This document shows, piece by piece, positions 1-9,139 of a stretch of 64,000 bases of DNA (position 1 is the first letter of the stretch; each line of letters opens with the position of its first letter). The DNA lies in NCBI GenBank assembly GCA_965202805.1, contig OZ241869.1, positions 1,408,001-1,472,000 on the forward strand, given 5' to 3'. Position numbers and translations under genes: made by a program. The DNA is from Longimicrobiales bacterium (lineage in GTDB: Bacteria; Gemmatimonadota; Gemmatimonadetes; Longimicrobiales; Gaopeijiaceae). Under the pieces are notes generated by a model. It did not search any database. It was given only the letters and a program-made list of their open reading frames with translations, and was not told the DNA's origin.

Positions 1-424
1 TGTTCGACCGGCGCAGCGCCGCGATCGTCGTGCCGTGCGCCCGCGCGATGTCCCAGAGAGAGTCTCCCCGCTGCACCCGGTAACTCAGGTTCATGGCCTG
101 CTGCACACCGACTCCGCCACCCGCCGGGATGGTCAGAACCTGACCCGGATAGATGCGGCTGCCCAGCAGATTGTTCGACTGCTGGATCGCGGCGATCGTC
201 GTGCCGTGCGCCCGCGCAATGTCCCAGAGAGCGTCCCCGCGTCGCACGCGATAGCTTCCGGAGGCGGCACCGGCCGACGATGGCGCGCCGGCCGCAGGCA
301 TGGTCAGGAGCTGGCCGGGATAGATCCGGCTGGTTCGCAGATTGTTCGTCCGCTGGATGGCCGCGATCGTCGTGCCGTGCGCCCGCGCAATGTCCCAGAG
401 AGCGTCCCCGCGTCGCACGCGATA
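1..424 (-). repeat. Tandem LysM-coding repeats, 171-bp period
   Basis: An identical block of about 60 bp (gcgatcgtcgtgccgtgcgcccgcgcaatgtcccagagagcgtccccgcgtcgcacgcgata) lies at about 192-253 and 363-424, with a diverged third copy near 21-80. Confidence 0.9.
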
Positions 425-1120
425 CGGTCCGCTGCCCGCGGCTGCGGCTCCGGCATCCTCGGTTGCGGCTGCCGCCCCGGCTTCGGGTGTCGCCGCCACC
501 CGGGTCTCCGCCGCCTGGGCCGTCCCGGTCGCCAGGCCGTCCACGTAGCGGGTGTACGGCTCGGGGTACAGGGCGATGTGATAGTGGGGGGGGCGGGATT
601 CGCGCGTGGCCTCGAGGACGCCGTTGGCTTCCAGGGAGAGCAGGACATCCTCCAGCCACGCCCGGCAGGGGCGATGGTTCGACCGGCGCAGGTCGACGGC
701 CATGCCGGTGGGATGAACCGAGCGGCTGGAGGCGTTGGGGGGCTGCCGGTTGAGCGCGCGCGTCAGGCTCGTGACGACCATGACCTCCCCGCACGCCCTG
801 CGGTACTGACCCGCAAGCCGTTCGACGAAGGTGCGAACCTGGGGACGGGCATACGGGAAGCTGACCTCGTCGTCGATATCATAGTCCCGGTTCCCGTGCA
901 GAGGCACCAGGTAGCCCAACTCCACAAAGCGGTGCACGTGCGCGGGGGTCCGCAGGTAGGTGAAGTCGTGGGCCCGCGCCTGGACGTTCTGCTCCGTCAG
1001 CGAGCGGGACGATCCGCGGAGGCTCTGCGCGGCGACAGAGGTGGGAGCGAGGGCCACGAGAATCGTGACCAGAAGCGCGCCGAAGCCTGAAATGGTTGCC
1101 AGAGTGCGGTTTCGTCCCAT
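1..1120 (-). CDS. Secreted LAS/M15-type zinc peptidase-like domain (DUF5715-like) with at least 3 C-terminal LysM domains; runs off the left edge
   Basis: Absent from the ORF track because no stop lies inside the window. Manual translation from ATG 1120 gives a signal peptide MGRNRTLATISGFGALLVTILVALAPTSVAA, then SVHPTGMAVDL (H-x6-D) and PPHYHI (HxH) zinc motifs, an Ala-rich linker and three LysM units of the form YRV(R/Q)RGD(A/S)LWDIARAHGTTIAA. Confidence 0.85.
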   Translation of the reverse strand, partial: MGRNRTLATISGFGALLVTILVALAPTSVAAQSLRGSSRSLTEQNVQARAHDFTYLRTPAHVHRFVELGYLVPLHGNRDYDIDDEVSFPYARPQVRTFVERLAGQYRRACGEVMVVTSLTRALNRQPPNASSRSVHPTGMAVDLRRSNHRPCRAWLEDVLLSLEANGVLEATRESRPPHYHIALYPEPYTRYVDGLATGTAQAAETRVAATPEAGAAAATEDAGAAAAGSGPYRVRRGDALWDIARAHGTTIAAIQRTNNLRTSRIYPGQLLTMPAAGAPSSAGAASGSYRVRRGDALWDIARAHGTTIAAIQQSNNLLGSRIYPGQVLTIPAGGGVGVQQAMNLSYRVQRGDSLWDIARAHGTTIAALRRSN

Positions 1121-1238
1121 CGTCTCCCATCCCGATCCGGGCTGCACCATGAGGGTGATCGGGTCGCCCCACGCCGATCATCTCCACACTTCATCTGTTT
1201 ACAGCGCGCAGGGTGTATTCTATACGTCGAATCGCCGT

Positions 1239-1256
1239 CGCCCGCAAGGGCGGGCG
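1239..1256 (-). terminator. GC-rich hairpin just downstream of the sodA stop
   Basis: cgcccgc-aagg-gcgggcg, a 7-bp stem. There is no clear U-tract, so terminator function is uncertain. Confidence 0.35.
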
Positions 1257-1259
1257 GGG

Positions 1260-1874
1260 CTATCCGGCGCCGGCGAAGTTGGCGGCCACGACATCCCAGT
1301 TGACCGTGTTCCACCACGCCGTGAGGTAGTCGGGGCGGCGATTCTGGTATCGCAGATAGTAGGCGTGCTCCCACACGTCGACGCCCAGGATCGGGGTCTC
1401 CCCATCCATGAGGGGACTGTCCTGGTTCGCCGTGGAGCGCACCGCCAGACCGGAATCGGTGGCGACCACCCAGCCCCAGCCGGATCCGAAGCGGGTGATG
1501 GCCGCGGTGTTGACCCGGCTCTTCAGCTCGTCGACGGAGCCGAAGGCGGCTTCGATCGCGGAGGCCAGATCACCGCTGGGGGCATCGGCGCCGCCGGGGG
1601 TCATCAGACGCCAGAACAGCGCGTGATTGACGTATCCGCCGCCGTTGTTCCGCACTGCGCCGCGGATGGCCCCGGGGACATCGCCCATGTTGCCGAGCAG
1701 GTCCTCCACGCTGCGTTCCTGCAAGCCGGGATGCGACTTGAGCGCTGCGTTGAGGTTGGCGGTGTAGGCCGCGTGGTGCTTCGAATGGTGTATCTCCATC
1801 GTGCGCGCGTCGATGTGCGGCTCGAGCGCATCGTAGTCGTAATCGAGGTCCGGAAGAGCGTGGGGATGGGCCAT
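1260..1874 (-). CDS. sodA: Superoxide dismutase, Fe/Mn family, probably Mn-type
   Basis: HHSKHH, NNGGG..NH, ANQDSP and DVWEHAYY motifs; 204 aa. Confidence 0.93.
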   Translation of the reverse strand: MAHPHALPDLDYDYDALEPHIDARTMEIHHSKHHAAYTANLNAALKSHPGLQERSVEDLLGNMGDVPGAIRGAVRNNGGGYVNHALFWRLMTPGGADAPSGDLASAIEAAFGSVDELKSRVNTAAITRFGSGWGWVVATDSGLAVRSTANQDSPLMDGETPILGVDVWEHAYYLRYQNRRPDYLTAWWNTVNWDVVAANFAGAG

Positions 1875-2013
1875 GGTCGGAGGCTCCGCTGCATGAAGGG
1901 GACGTTAGCCCGGGCACCTTGCCGATGCCGGGCCAGGGACGTCGGGAGATCGGCATCGTATCTTACAGGCAAGAGGCCCGGAGTTCCACCATCGGCCACG
2001 GGAGGATCTGGAG

Positions 2014-3228
2014 CTGGAAACGAACCCGCCGCGCATTCTTCTGGTCGACTGCGACAGCTTCTTCGTGCAGGTGGCGCGCCTCGAGGATCCCGATGGCGCG
2101 GGACGCCGGCGGCTGCTCATCGTCGGAGGGACGCCGGAGGGTCGGGGCGTGGTCGCGTCGGCTTCCTACGACGCGCGCAAGCACGGGGTCCGCTCGGCGA
2201 TGCCCACGGCGCAGGCGCTCCGTCTGTGTCCCGAAGCCGCGGTGGTTCCGGTGCCGAGGGCGGCGTGCGTGCGGCGCAGCCGGGAGGTCCGGCGCGCGCT
2301 GGAAGCGCTGGCGCCCGTTGTGCGCCCCGCTTCGATCGATGAGTTCTACCTCGATCTCTCGGGCACCGAGCGGATGCTGGCCGGCGAGTCCTTCGAGGAC
2401 ACCGCCCGGCGCATCCGCGATACGGTGCTGGCGCGCACCGGCATTTCGGTTTCCGCGGGAGGCGGCACCCGGCGCCTCATCGCCAAGCTCGCCACCGGGC
2501 TCGCCAAGCCTGCGGGCGTCTGCATCGTGCCCGCGGGACGGGAATCGGAGTTCATGCGCCGCTTCGACCTGGAGGACATTCCGGGGATCGGCCCCGCGTT
2601 TCTCGCGGAACTCGAGCGCCGCTCGCTCCGGTCGGTCAGCGACGTGCTGCGGGTCCAGCCGGAGTGGCTCGAGCGCTGGTTCGGCGCCCGGCGCGCCCGC
2701 TGGCTGCACGACCGGGTGCGGGGACTGGACGGCGAGGGCACGCTCCCGGTCCGCGAGCGGAAGTCGGTGAGTGTGGAACGGACGTTCGCCACGGATGTTG
2801 CCGACGACGATGAACTGGACGGAGTGCTGTCGCGACAGGTGAACTCGGTTGCGCGGCGCGTTCGCCGACTCGGCGGGGGAGCGCGCACGATCACCGTCAA
2901 GATCCGGGACCGTGACTTCGCGACCCGTCAGTGCAGCCGTACCCTGCCCCGGCCCGTGGAATCGGACCAGGCCATTCTTCGTGTCGCGCGGGAACTCCTG
3001 GCCGAACTCCGGTCACGGCGCCGGACTCCCGCACGCCTCCTGGGGGTTGCCGCCAGCGGACTCTCGAGCGAAGCGCAAGGAGCGCAGCTCGCCTTCTTTC
3101 CGGAAGCCGACGATCCGGATCCGGACCGCGCCCGACGCATCTCCCGGGTAATGGACCTCGCCCGGAACCGGTTCGGCGATGGCGCCCTGGGTCCGGGGCG
3201 CAGCCTCGATCCCCCGGACCCGCGGTAG
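2014..3228 (+). CDS. dinB: DNA polymerase IV (Y-family); probable CTG start
   Basis: RILLVDCDSFFVQV (2032-2073), VVASASYDARKHGVRSAMP, SIDE catalytic motif, AKLATGLAKPAG and a little-finger KSVSVERTF. The ORF-track start at 2065 omits the first catalytic Asp. GGAGG at 2001-2005 precedes an in-frame CTG at 2014. Confidence 0.9.
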   Translation: METNPPRILLVDCDSFFVQVARLEDPDGAGRRRLLIVGGTPEGRGVVASASYDARKHGVRSAMPTAQALRLCPEAAVVPVPRAACVRRSREVRRALEALAPVVRPASIDEFYLDLSGTERMLAGESFEDTARRIRDTVLARTGISVSAGGGTRRLIAKLATGLAKPAGVCIVPAGRESEFMRRFDLEDIPGIGPAFLAELERRSLRSVSDVLRVQPEWLERWFGARRARWLHDRVRGLDGEGTLPVRERKSVSVERTFATDVADDDELDGVLSRQVNSVARRVRRLGGGARTITVKIRDRDFATRQCSRTLPRPVESDQAILRVARELLAELRSRRRTPARLLGVAASGLSSEAQGAQLAFFPEADDPDPDRARRISRVMDLARNRFGDGALGPGRSLDPPDPR

Positions 3229-3272
3229 CCCGCTCCCGGGACCAGTCTCCCCTCTCGTGCGATGTTCCCGGG

Positions 3273-4970
3273 CTAACGCTCCCACGGCTTGCGCGCGAAG
3301 TAGCTGTTGGCCTCGGCAGCCACCCTCGGAGCAAGCATGATGAGGGCGATCAGGTTGGGAACGATGACGATCGCCAGGAAGATGTCGCCCAGGTTCCAGA
3401 TCACCGTCAGGGGCAGCACCGCGCCGATGAAGTGCATGATCACGAACGCGAGCTTGTAGGGCAGCACGGCGTTCGCCCCCAGCAGATAGTGCGCACAGCG
3501 GTCGCCATAGTAGCTCCACGAGATTGCCGTCGATATCGCGAACAGGAGCACCGAGAAGACGACGATCATGTGCCCCCAGTCACCCAGGCCGGCCAACCCT
3601 CGGCGGAAGCCCTCCATGGTGAGCGGCGCGCCGCTCTCGAAGGCTCCGCCGTAGAGGGAGGCAAGGGCCTGGCCGTCATCTCCCCTGGCAACGCCTTCGG
3701 AAGGGACAACGGTGCCGGTGAACGGCGTCGTTTGCGCCTCGTCCACGTACAGCATGTCGACGAAGGCGTCGTGCCAGGCGATGTGCACCCCGCCCGGATC
3801 CGCGGGGGCCCCGTTCTCGAAGCGGATTTCGGCCGGCGCGTCCGCGGCCTGGTTGTTGCCCATGGCATCCACGGTCACGTAGCCGAGGTCGCCGCCTCCA
3901 AGGGTGATCTCCGTCGGGATGCGGGCGTTCCAGACGCCTGTCGTGATGATCACCAGTCCGGTCATCGAGCAGATCACGATCGTGTCGATGAAGGGCTCGA
4001 GCAGCGCAACCACGCCCTCCGATACCGGCTCGTCGGTCTTGGCCGCAGCGTGCGCGATCGGCGCGGAGCCCTGTCCGGCCTCGTTCGAGAAGAGGCCGCG
4101 GCGGACCCCCCACATGAGGGTCACGAGGAAGGCGCCCACGCCGGTGCCGGCCACGCCCGCGGTCGGGTTGAAGGCCTCACGGAAGATGAGACCGAGGGCG
4201 GGGACGATGTCGCCCGCGTTGAACATCAGGATGACCAGCGCCCCGAGGCAGTAGACCGCGGCCATCACCGGCGCGAGGATGCCGGTCACCCGTCCGATCC
4301 GGGTGATTCCTCCCAGGATGACCAGGGCTACGACGCCGGAGGTTACCAGACCGCTCACCGTCGCCGGGATGCCGAAGATGGTGCGCATCGAATCGGAGAC
4401 CGTGTTGGCCTGAATCGCGTTGCCGGTAAGGAAGGCGGTCAGCCCGAGCATGATGGCGAAGAAGACGGCCATCCACTTCCAGCGCGCCCCCAGCCCGCGC
4501 TCGATGTAGTACATGGGGCCGCCGCTTACCGTCCCCTCCCACTTGTGTGCATCGTGATCGGGCGCTTCCACCTCCCTGTATCTCTGGGCGAGCGTCACCT
4601 CGGTGAACTTGGTGGCCATGCCGAGCGCGGCGGTGACCCACATCCAGAAGAGCGCGCCCGGCCCTCCCCAGTGGATGGCGATCGCCACGCCGGCGATGTT
4701 GCCGATGCCGACGGTCGCGGACAGCGCCGTGGTCAGCGCCTGGAAGTGAGATACGTCGCCCGGCTCGTCGGGGTCGTCGTACTTGCCGGACGTGACTGCG
4801 AACCCGTGACCCAGCCTGCGCACCTGCACGAAGCCGAGGCGCAGGGTGAGGAAGACGCCCGCACCCAGGAGCAGGATCACCATGAAGGGAACCGTCTCGT
4901 CGCCGACCGAGATGCCGAGCTCCACGATGTAGCGGTTGCCCAGGTCGGACAGTGTCTGAAAGAAATCCAC
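3273..4970 (-). CDS. Alanine/glycine:cation symporter (AGCS family)
   Basis: SHFQALTTALSATVGIGNIAGVA, GGPGALFWMW, GGPMYYI and GVRRGLFSNEAGQGSAPIAHAAA; multi-TM; AGGAG RBS before the GTG. Confidence 0.93.
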   Translation of the reverse strand: MDFFQTLSDLGNRYIVELGISVGDETVPFMVILLLGAGVFLTLRLGFVQVRRLGHGFAVTSGKYDDPDEPGDVSHFQALTTALSATVGIGNIAGVAIAIHWGGPGALFWMWVTAALGMATKFTEVTLAQRYREVEAPDHDAHKWEGTVSGGPMYYIERGLGARWKWMAVFFAIMLGLTAFLTGNAIQANTVSDSMRTIFGIPATVSGLVTSGVVALVILGGITRIGRVTGILAPVMAAVYCLGALVILMFNAGDIVPALGLIFREAFNPTAGVAGTGVGAFLVTLMWGVRRGLFSNEAGQGSAPIAHAAAKTDEPVSEGVVALLEPFIDTIVICSMTGLVIITTGVWNARIPTEITLGGGDLGYVTVDAMGNNQAADAPAEIRFENGAPADPGGVHIAWHDAFVDMLYVDEAQTTPFTGTVVPSEGVARGDDGQALASLYGGAFESGAPLTMEGFRRGLAGLGDWGHMIVVFSVLLFAISTAISWSYYGDRCAHYLLGANAVLPYKLAFVIMHFIGAVLPLTVIWNLGDIFLAIVIVPNLIALIMLAPRVAAEANSYFARKPWER

Positions 4971-5143
4971 GGAGGCTCCTCGGCTGCGGGACGGATCGGG
5001 TGTCGGGATCGGGAAGGATGCCCTGCGAGCGGACCGTGGTCAACATCGGCCCGCCCGCCAGAGGCGGAGAGTGCAGCGTCGGATCGCGCGAGATCGGCCC
5101 GAAGGCCATGGTGGCGACTGCTCGCCGATTCGGACGGGCGCCG

Positions 5144-6055
5144 TCAGCGCGCCGGCAGCGCGAGCGCCTCCCCGAGGCGGATTTCCCTCCCCGATTTCAG
5201 CCCGGGCACCCATTCGTGGCTTCCGCGTTCGAGGAGCACGACCACGCAGGACCCCAGGTGGAAGGCCATGACCTCCTCCCCGCGCGAGACCGTAAGCGGG
5301 GGCCGGTAGACGCGGCGGCGCTCGGACGGCGGGCGGCGGTTGGTCACCCAGCCCCCCTCCCCCCCGCCCCACCCCGGATCGAACGCGGTGGAGATGCGGC
5401 CGACGTTGTACGCCCCGACAGCCACCAGCGCGATCCGCCCGGCGTCGCCCGCGAACGAGCAGACGACGCGTTCGTTGGTGGCGAGCAGGTCCGGTATCTC
5501 GGCCACCGCGGTTGCGTTCACCGGGAAGAGTCCCCCGGGGACGTACGACGCCGAGCGGAGCCGACCCGCCACCGGAGCGTGAATGCGGTGGTAGTGTCTG
5601 GGCGCGAGGTAGATGGTGGCGTAGAGCCCGCCGTGGAAGGGGGCCGCGGCCTCTGCGCCGGCCAGCAGGGCGGCCGCCGTGTAGCGCCGTCCCTTCGCCT
5701 GCACCAGCCGACCGTCCTCCACCGTGCCGAACCGGGTGAGTACGCCGTCGACGGGCGACGTCACCGTGCGAGCGTCCGACGGCCACACCCGGGTGCCGGG
5801 CGCGAGCCGCCGCGCGAAGAATGCGTTCAGGCTGGAGTACCCGGCAGCCGGCTGCCGTGCTTCGTCCATGCGCGCACCGACGATGCGCGCGAAGCCTCCG
5901 ATGAGGGGTCCCCGCAGCGGGCGGGGGATTTCCGCATCCGCAAGCCGGCCGAACGCACGGCTGGCGACGGCGCGCGGGGTCCGGGACAGAAGGGCGAGCA
6001 TGAGGCGTCCGCCCGGCGAGCCTCGCGATGGTGCTTCCCGTCTTGAACTCTCCAC
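5144..6055 (-). CDS. psd: Phosphatidylserine decarboxylase proenzyme
   Basis: FFARRL, SPVDG, IYLAPRHYHRIHAP and the self-cleavage motif FHLGS. The start may instead be ATG near 6001. Confidence 0.88.
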   Translation of the reverse strand: MESSRREAPSRGSPGGRLMLALLSRTPRAVASRAFGRLADAEIPRPLRGPLIGGFARIVGARMDEARQPAAGYSSLNAFFARRLAPGTRVWPSDARTVTSPVDGVLTRFGTVEDGRLVQAKGRRYTAAALLAGAEAAAPFHGGLYATIYLAPRHYHRIHAPVAGRLRSASYVPGGLFPVNATAVAEIPDLLATNERVVCSFAGDAGRIALVAVGAYNVGRISTAFDPGWGGGEGGWVTNRRPPSERRRVYRPPLTVSRGEEVMAFHLGSCVVVLLERGSHEWVPGLKSGREIRLGEALALPAR

Positions 6056-6064
6056 TCGCCCCCG

Positions 6065-7168
6065 TCACCGCACAACGTTGATCATGTCGAAGATCGGAAG
6101 GTACATCGACACGATCATTCCCCCCACCACGATGCCCAGGAGGGTAACCATCGCCGGCTCGAACGCCGCCAGCAGGGCCTCCACCGCACGCCCGACTTCA
6201 TCGTCGTAGAAGTCGGCGATCTTCGCCAGCATTTCGTCCAGGCCGCCGGCCTGCTCGCCGACGTGGATCATCTGCAGCACCATGGGCGGGAAGACGCCGG
6301 ACGCCCGGAGGGGCTCGGCGATGGTGTTCCCCCCCGCGATCGATCTCCGGGCGTTCATGACGGCGTCGTGCACCACGCGGTTGCCCGAGCCCGCGGCGGT
6401 GATCTCCAGCGCCTCCAGAATCGACACCCCGGAGGCGACCAGGGTGCCCAGCGTACGGGTGAACCGAGCCATCGCCATCTTCAGAAACAGGCGACCGACG
6501 ACCGGGAGAGCCAGGAGCACGCGGTCCAGGGCCAGGCGGCCGCGCGGGGTGGCGCGGGCGCGCGCCAACCCGATCCAGGCACCGCCGGCGAAGAGGGGTG
6601 GAAGCCACCAGTACGCCCGCAGGCTCTCGGAGAGGCCGATAACCAGCCGGGTGGGCAGCGGCAGGGGAAGATCCGACGCGGCGAACATCTCCTGAAAGGT
6701 CGGGATTACGAACTCGAGGAGGACCAGCAGCGCGCATGCGGCCACCGCCACTACCACCGCCGGGTAGATCAGGGCGCCGCGCATCTTGCGCGAGAGGCGG
6801 TCGGTCCTTTCGAGCGCGTCGGCGAGGCGCGCCAGCACCGTATCCAGCACGCCCCCCGCCTCCCCGGCGGCAACCATGCTGACGAACAGTTGATTGAAGA
6901 CCGCGGGATGCTCACCCAGCGCGCCGGCCAGCGTTCGGCCTGCCTCCAGGTCGCTGCGCACCTCACCCACAACGGCCGCCAGTCTCCGGTTGCCGGCCTG
7001 TTGCGCGAGCACCCCCAGACTCGGCGCCAGGGGCAGGCCGGACTGGATCATCGTGGCGAACTGGCGCGCGAACACTGCGATATCCCGCGGCGGCACGCGC
7101 TCCCTGAGCCGTGACACGACCCGCCGCCACCCTGCCCGGGCGACGGGGCGCCGGTGCGATCGATACAC
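6065..7168 (-). CDS. pilC: Type IV pilus / T2SS inner-membrane platform protein (PilC/GspF family)
   Basis: FARQFATMIQSGLPL, AGEAGGVLD, ALIYP, GEQAGGLDEML, EP..GGMIVSMYLPIF. The ORF-track extension to 8056 overlaps pilT and is spurious. A GTG start at 7168 was chosen and is uncertain. Confidence 0.88.
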   Translation of the reverse strand: MYRSHRRPVARAGWRRVVSRLRERVPPRDIAVFARQFATMIQSGLPLAPSLGVLAQQAGNRRLAAVVGEVRSDLEAGRTLAGALGEHPAVFNQLFVSMVAAGEAGGVLDTVLARLADALERTDRLSRKMRGALIYPAVVVAVAACALLVLLEFVIPTFQEMFAASDLPLPLPTRLVIGLSESLRAYWWLPPLFAGGAWIGLARARATPRGRLALDRVLLALPVVGRLFLKMAMARFTRTLGTLVASGVSILEALEITAAGSGNRVVHDAVMNARRSIAGGNTIAEPLRASGVFPPMVLQMIHVGEQAGGLDEMLAKIADFYDDEVGRAVEALLAAFEPAMVTLLGIVVGGMIVSMYLPIFDMINVVR

Positions 7169-7176
7169 CGGGCTGC

Positions 7177-8328
7177 CTACGACTGCCAGGGGGACCGCGC
7201 GTCGCCGAGCGACTGCAGCAGCTCCGCTGGATCGGGGGAGCACCTGATTGCGGCATCCGTCGACACCTCCCCGCGCATGCGCAGCCGCCGCAGTGCATCG
7301 TTCATGGTCTGCATCCCGTGCTTTCTGCCCGCCTGCATCATCGAGGGAATCTGGTGGACCTTGCGGTCCCGGATGGCGGCGCGCACCGCGGGCGTGCAGA
7401 TGAGCACCTCGCACGCCGCAACCCGCCCCCGCGCGCGCTGCCGCGGCAGGAGGTTCTGGGTCATCACGCCTTCCAGCACCAGAGCCAGCTGGGCGCGAAC
7501 CTGCGCCTGCCGGCCGGACGCGAAGACGTCGATGATCCGGTGGACGGAGGCCGCGGCAGAATTGGTGTGCAGGGTGGCCAGCACCAGATGCCCGGTCTCC
7601 GCAATCGTCAGCGCCGCCGCAATGGTCTCGGGATCCCGCATCTCGCCGATGAGGATGACATCCGGGTCCTGCCGGGTGGCCGACCGGAGGGCGGCTGCGA
7701 AGCTCTTCGTGTCCGGGCCCACCTCGCGCTGGCTTACGACGCAGCCCCGGGACCGGTGAACGAACTCCACCGGGTCTTCGATGGTGACGATATGGCCCTT
7801 TCGGGTCTCGTTGATCCGGTTGAGCATGGCGGCCAGCGTCGTCGACTTCCCGGACCCGGTGGGCCCGGTAACCAGCACCAGGCCATGGGGTCGCTCCACC
7901 AGGCGCGTCACCACGCCCGGCAGGTGCAGGTCCTCGAGCCGGGGGATCTCGTTGGGAATCCTGCGCAGCGCCATGGCCGGTTGTCCGCGCTGGCGGTAGC
8001 AACTGCAGCGGAAACGCGCGAGATCTCCCAGATCGAATGCGAAGTCGATCTCGCACCCCGCCGCGAGCCGCTTCCTGCGGGCGTGCGTAAGCACCGAGTC
8101 AACCAGCTCTGCCGCCTCACGCGGAGCAAGCGCACTGCCGCGGCGGGCGTCGGTGAGCGCGCCGTCGATGCGCAGCCTGGGCGGAATCCCGGCCGCGACG
8201 TGCAGGTCGGACGCGTCCCTCTCCACCATCTCCTCCAGCAGCGCGCGCAGCGTGGACGGAGGGAATCCGCGCCCGCCGGCGACCGGATCCGATGCGGGTT
8301 CCGGCGATGGAGGAGTCGGGTCGGTCAT
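7177..8328 (-). CDS. pilT: Type IV pilus retraction ATPase, PilT/PilU family
   Basis: ASDLH, Walker A GPTGSGKST, Asp box TIEDPVE, Walker B RQDPDVILIGEMRD, His box ETGHLVLATLHT, AVRAAIRD (AIRNLIRE-like), GMQTM. Confidence 0.92.
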   Translation of the reverse strand: MTDPTPPSPEPASDPVAGGRGFPPSTLRALLEEMVERDASDLHVAAGIPPRLRIDGALTDARRGSALAPREAAELVDSVLTHARRKRLAAGCEIDFAFDLGDLARFRCSCYRQRGQPAMALRRIPNEIPRLEDLHLPGVVTRLVERPHGLVLVTGPTGSGKSTTLAAMLNRINETRKGHIVTIEDPVEFVHRSRGCVVSQREVGPDTKSFAAALRSATRQDPDVILIGEMRDPETIAAALTIAETGHLVLATLHTNSAAASVHRIIDVFASGRQAQVRAQLALVLEGVMTQNLLPRQRARGRVAACEVLICTPAVRAAIRDRKVHQIPSMMQAGRKHGMQTMNDALRRLRMRGEVSTDAAIRCSPDPAELLQSLGDARSPWQS

Positions 8329-9005
8329 TGTCGCACGAAGAAGCTGCCGCGCATGGATTCGAGCGTCGCCGGCCCGATGCCGCGCACCTCGATCAGGTCT
8401 TCGATCCGCCCAAAGCCACCCACTTCGTCACGGCGCGCGATGATCCGCGCCGCAAGCGCGGGGCCGATGCCGCGCACCTGCTCGAGTTCGCCGGCGGTGG
8501 CCCGGTTGAGGTCGATCGGGCCCGCTGCCTGGTGGTTCGCGGATGAAGCGGCGCTCCTGGCCGCCGGAGGTGACGCGGCGGCGGCTCGCCGGGCTGGCCG
8601 TCGCTCGCCGCCCCGCTCCAGGGTCAGAAACGGCGCGAGCCTCTCCACCGTCGCCGGCCCGATGCCACGCACCCGGGTGAGCGCTCCGACATCCGCGAAA
8701 CGACCCTCCGCAATGCGTGACGCGACGATCGCCCGCGCCGCCGCCGGCCCGATGCCGGGCAGCCGGTCGAGCTCCTCCTCGCCCGCCGTGTTCGGGTCCA
8801 GGCGCTCACCCGGGGCAAGCGGCATCGACCGCCGCTCCTCCTCGTCGACCATCTCCTGCGAAGCCGCGGCCAGCGCGTGCGCCGAAACGCTGTCGGCCTC
8901 GAGGGCGAGCGGAGGCCGGACGGCTTCCAGTCCCGCCCGCGCGGCTCCCGCCAGAAAGAGGACGCCCGCCGTGATCGCCAGGGTGCGTGACTCGTCGCGT
9001 GTCAT
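8325..9005 (-). CDS. comEA: ComEA-family DNA-binding protein with two helix-hairpin-helix modules
   Basis: N-terminal hydrophobic anchor; LDPNTAGEEELDRLPGIGPAAARAIV...LTRVRGIGP and IDLNRATAGELEQVRGIGPALAARII...LIEVRGIGP. Its TGA overlaps the pilT ATG. An alternative in-frame ATG at 9137 lies 2 nt after the sprA-like stop. Confidence 0.88.
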   Translation of the reverse strand: MTRDESRTLAITAGVLFLAGAARAGLEAVRPPLALEADSVSAHALAAASQEMVDEEERRSMPLAPGERLDPNTAGEEELDRLPGIGPAAARAIVASRIAEGRFADVGALTRVRGIGPATVERLAPFLTLERGGERRPARRAAAASPPAARSAASSANHQAAGPIDLNRATAGELEQVRGIGPALAARIIARRDEVGGFGRIEDLIEVRGIGPATLESMRGSFFVRQ

Positions 9006-9086
9006 GGATGGACGATCATCCGAGAGCCGGGGCGAAGGAATGGCAGTTCGGGACGTCCTGCCCCGGATCCGCGCGCGTCGCGTTCC

Positions 9087-9110
9087 GGCATCGAGGCATC
9101 GAGGCATCGG
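9087..9110. repeat. Short tandem repeat (ggcatcga)x2 + ggcatcgg
   Basis: Read directly from the spacer between the sprA-like gene and comEA. Confidence 0.7.
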
Positions 9111-9139
9111 GCGCCCCGTCCGCCGTGGCCCGGCCATCC

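Noticed and set aside
35..1090. 351-aa plus-strand ORF with internal repeats
   Set aside because: Mirror of the minus-strand LysM protein; its repeats are the LysM repeats read backwards.
1121..1259. Possible c-di-AMP (ydaO) riboswitch before the LysM peptidase
   Set aside because: The conserved GCTGAATCC-type core was not found and the spacer is short.
4971..5143. Possible glycine riboswitch upstream of the AGCS symporter
   Set aside because: GGAGAG and CCGAAGG occur only on the plus strand, opposite to the gene, and the CTCTCAGG element is absent.
7169..8056. N-terminal extension of the pilC ORF, suggesting a fusion
   Set aside because: It overlaps pilT in another frame and is Arg/Pro/Gly-rich non-coding-like translation. 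The same applies to the ORF-track extensions of comEA, lptG, dctQ, the nitroreductase, the OM barrel and the 49575 hydrolase.
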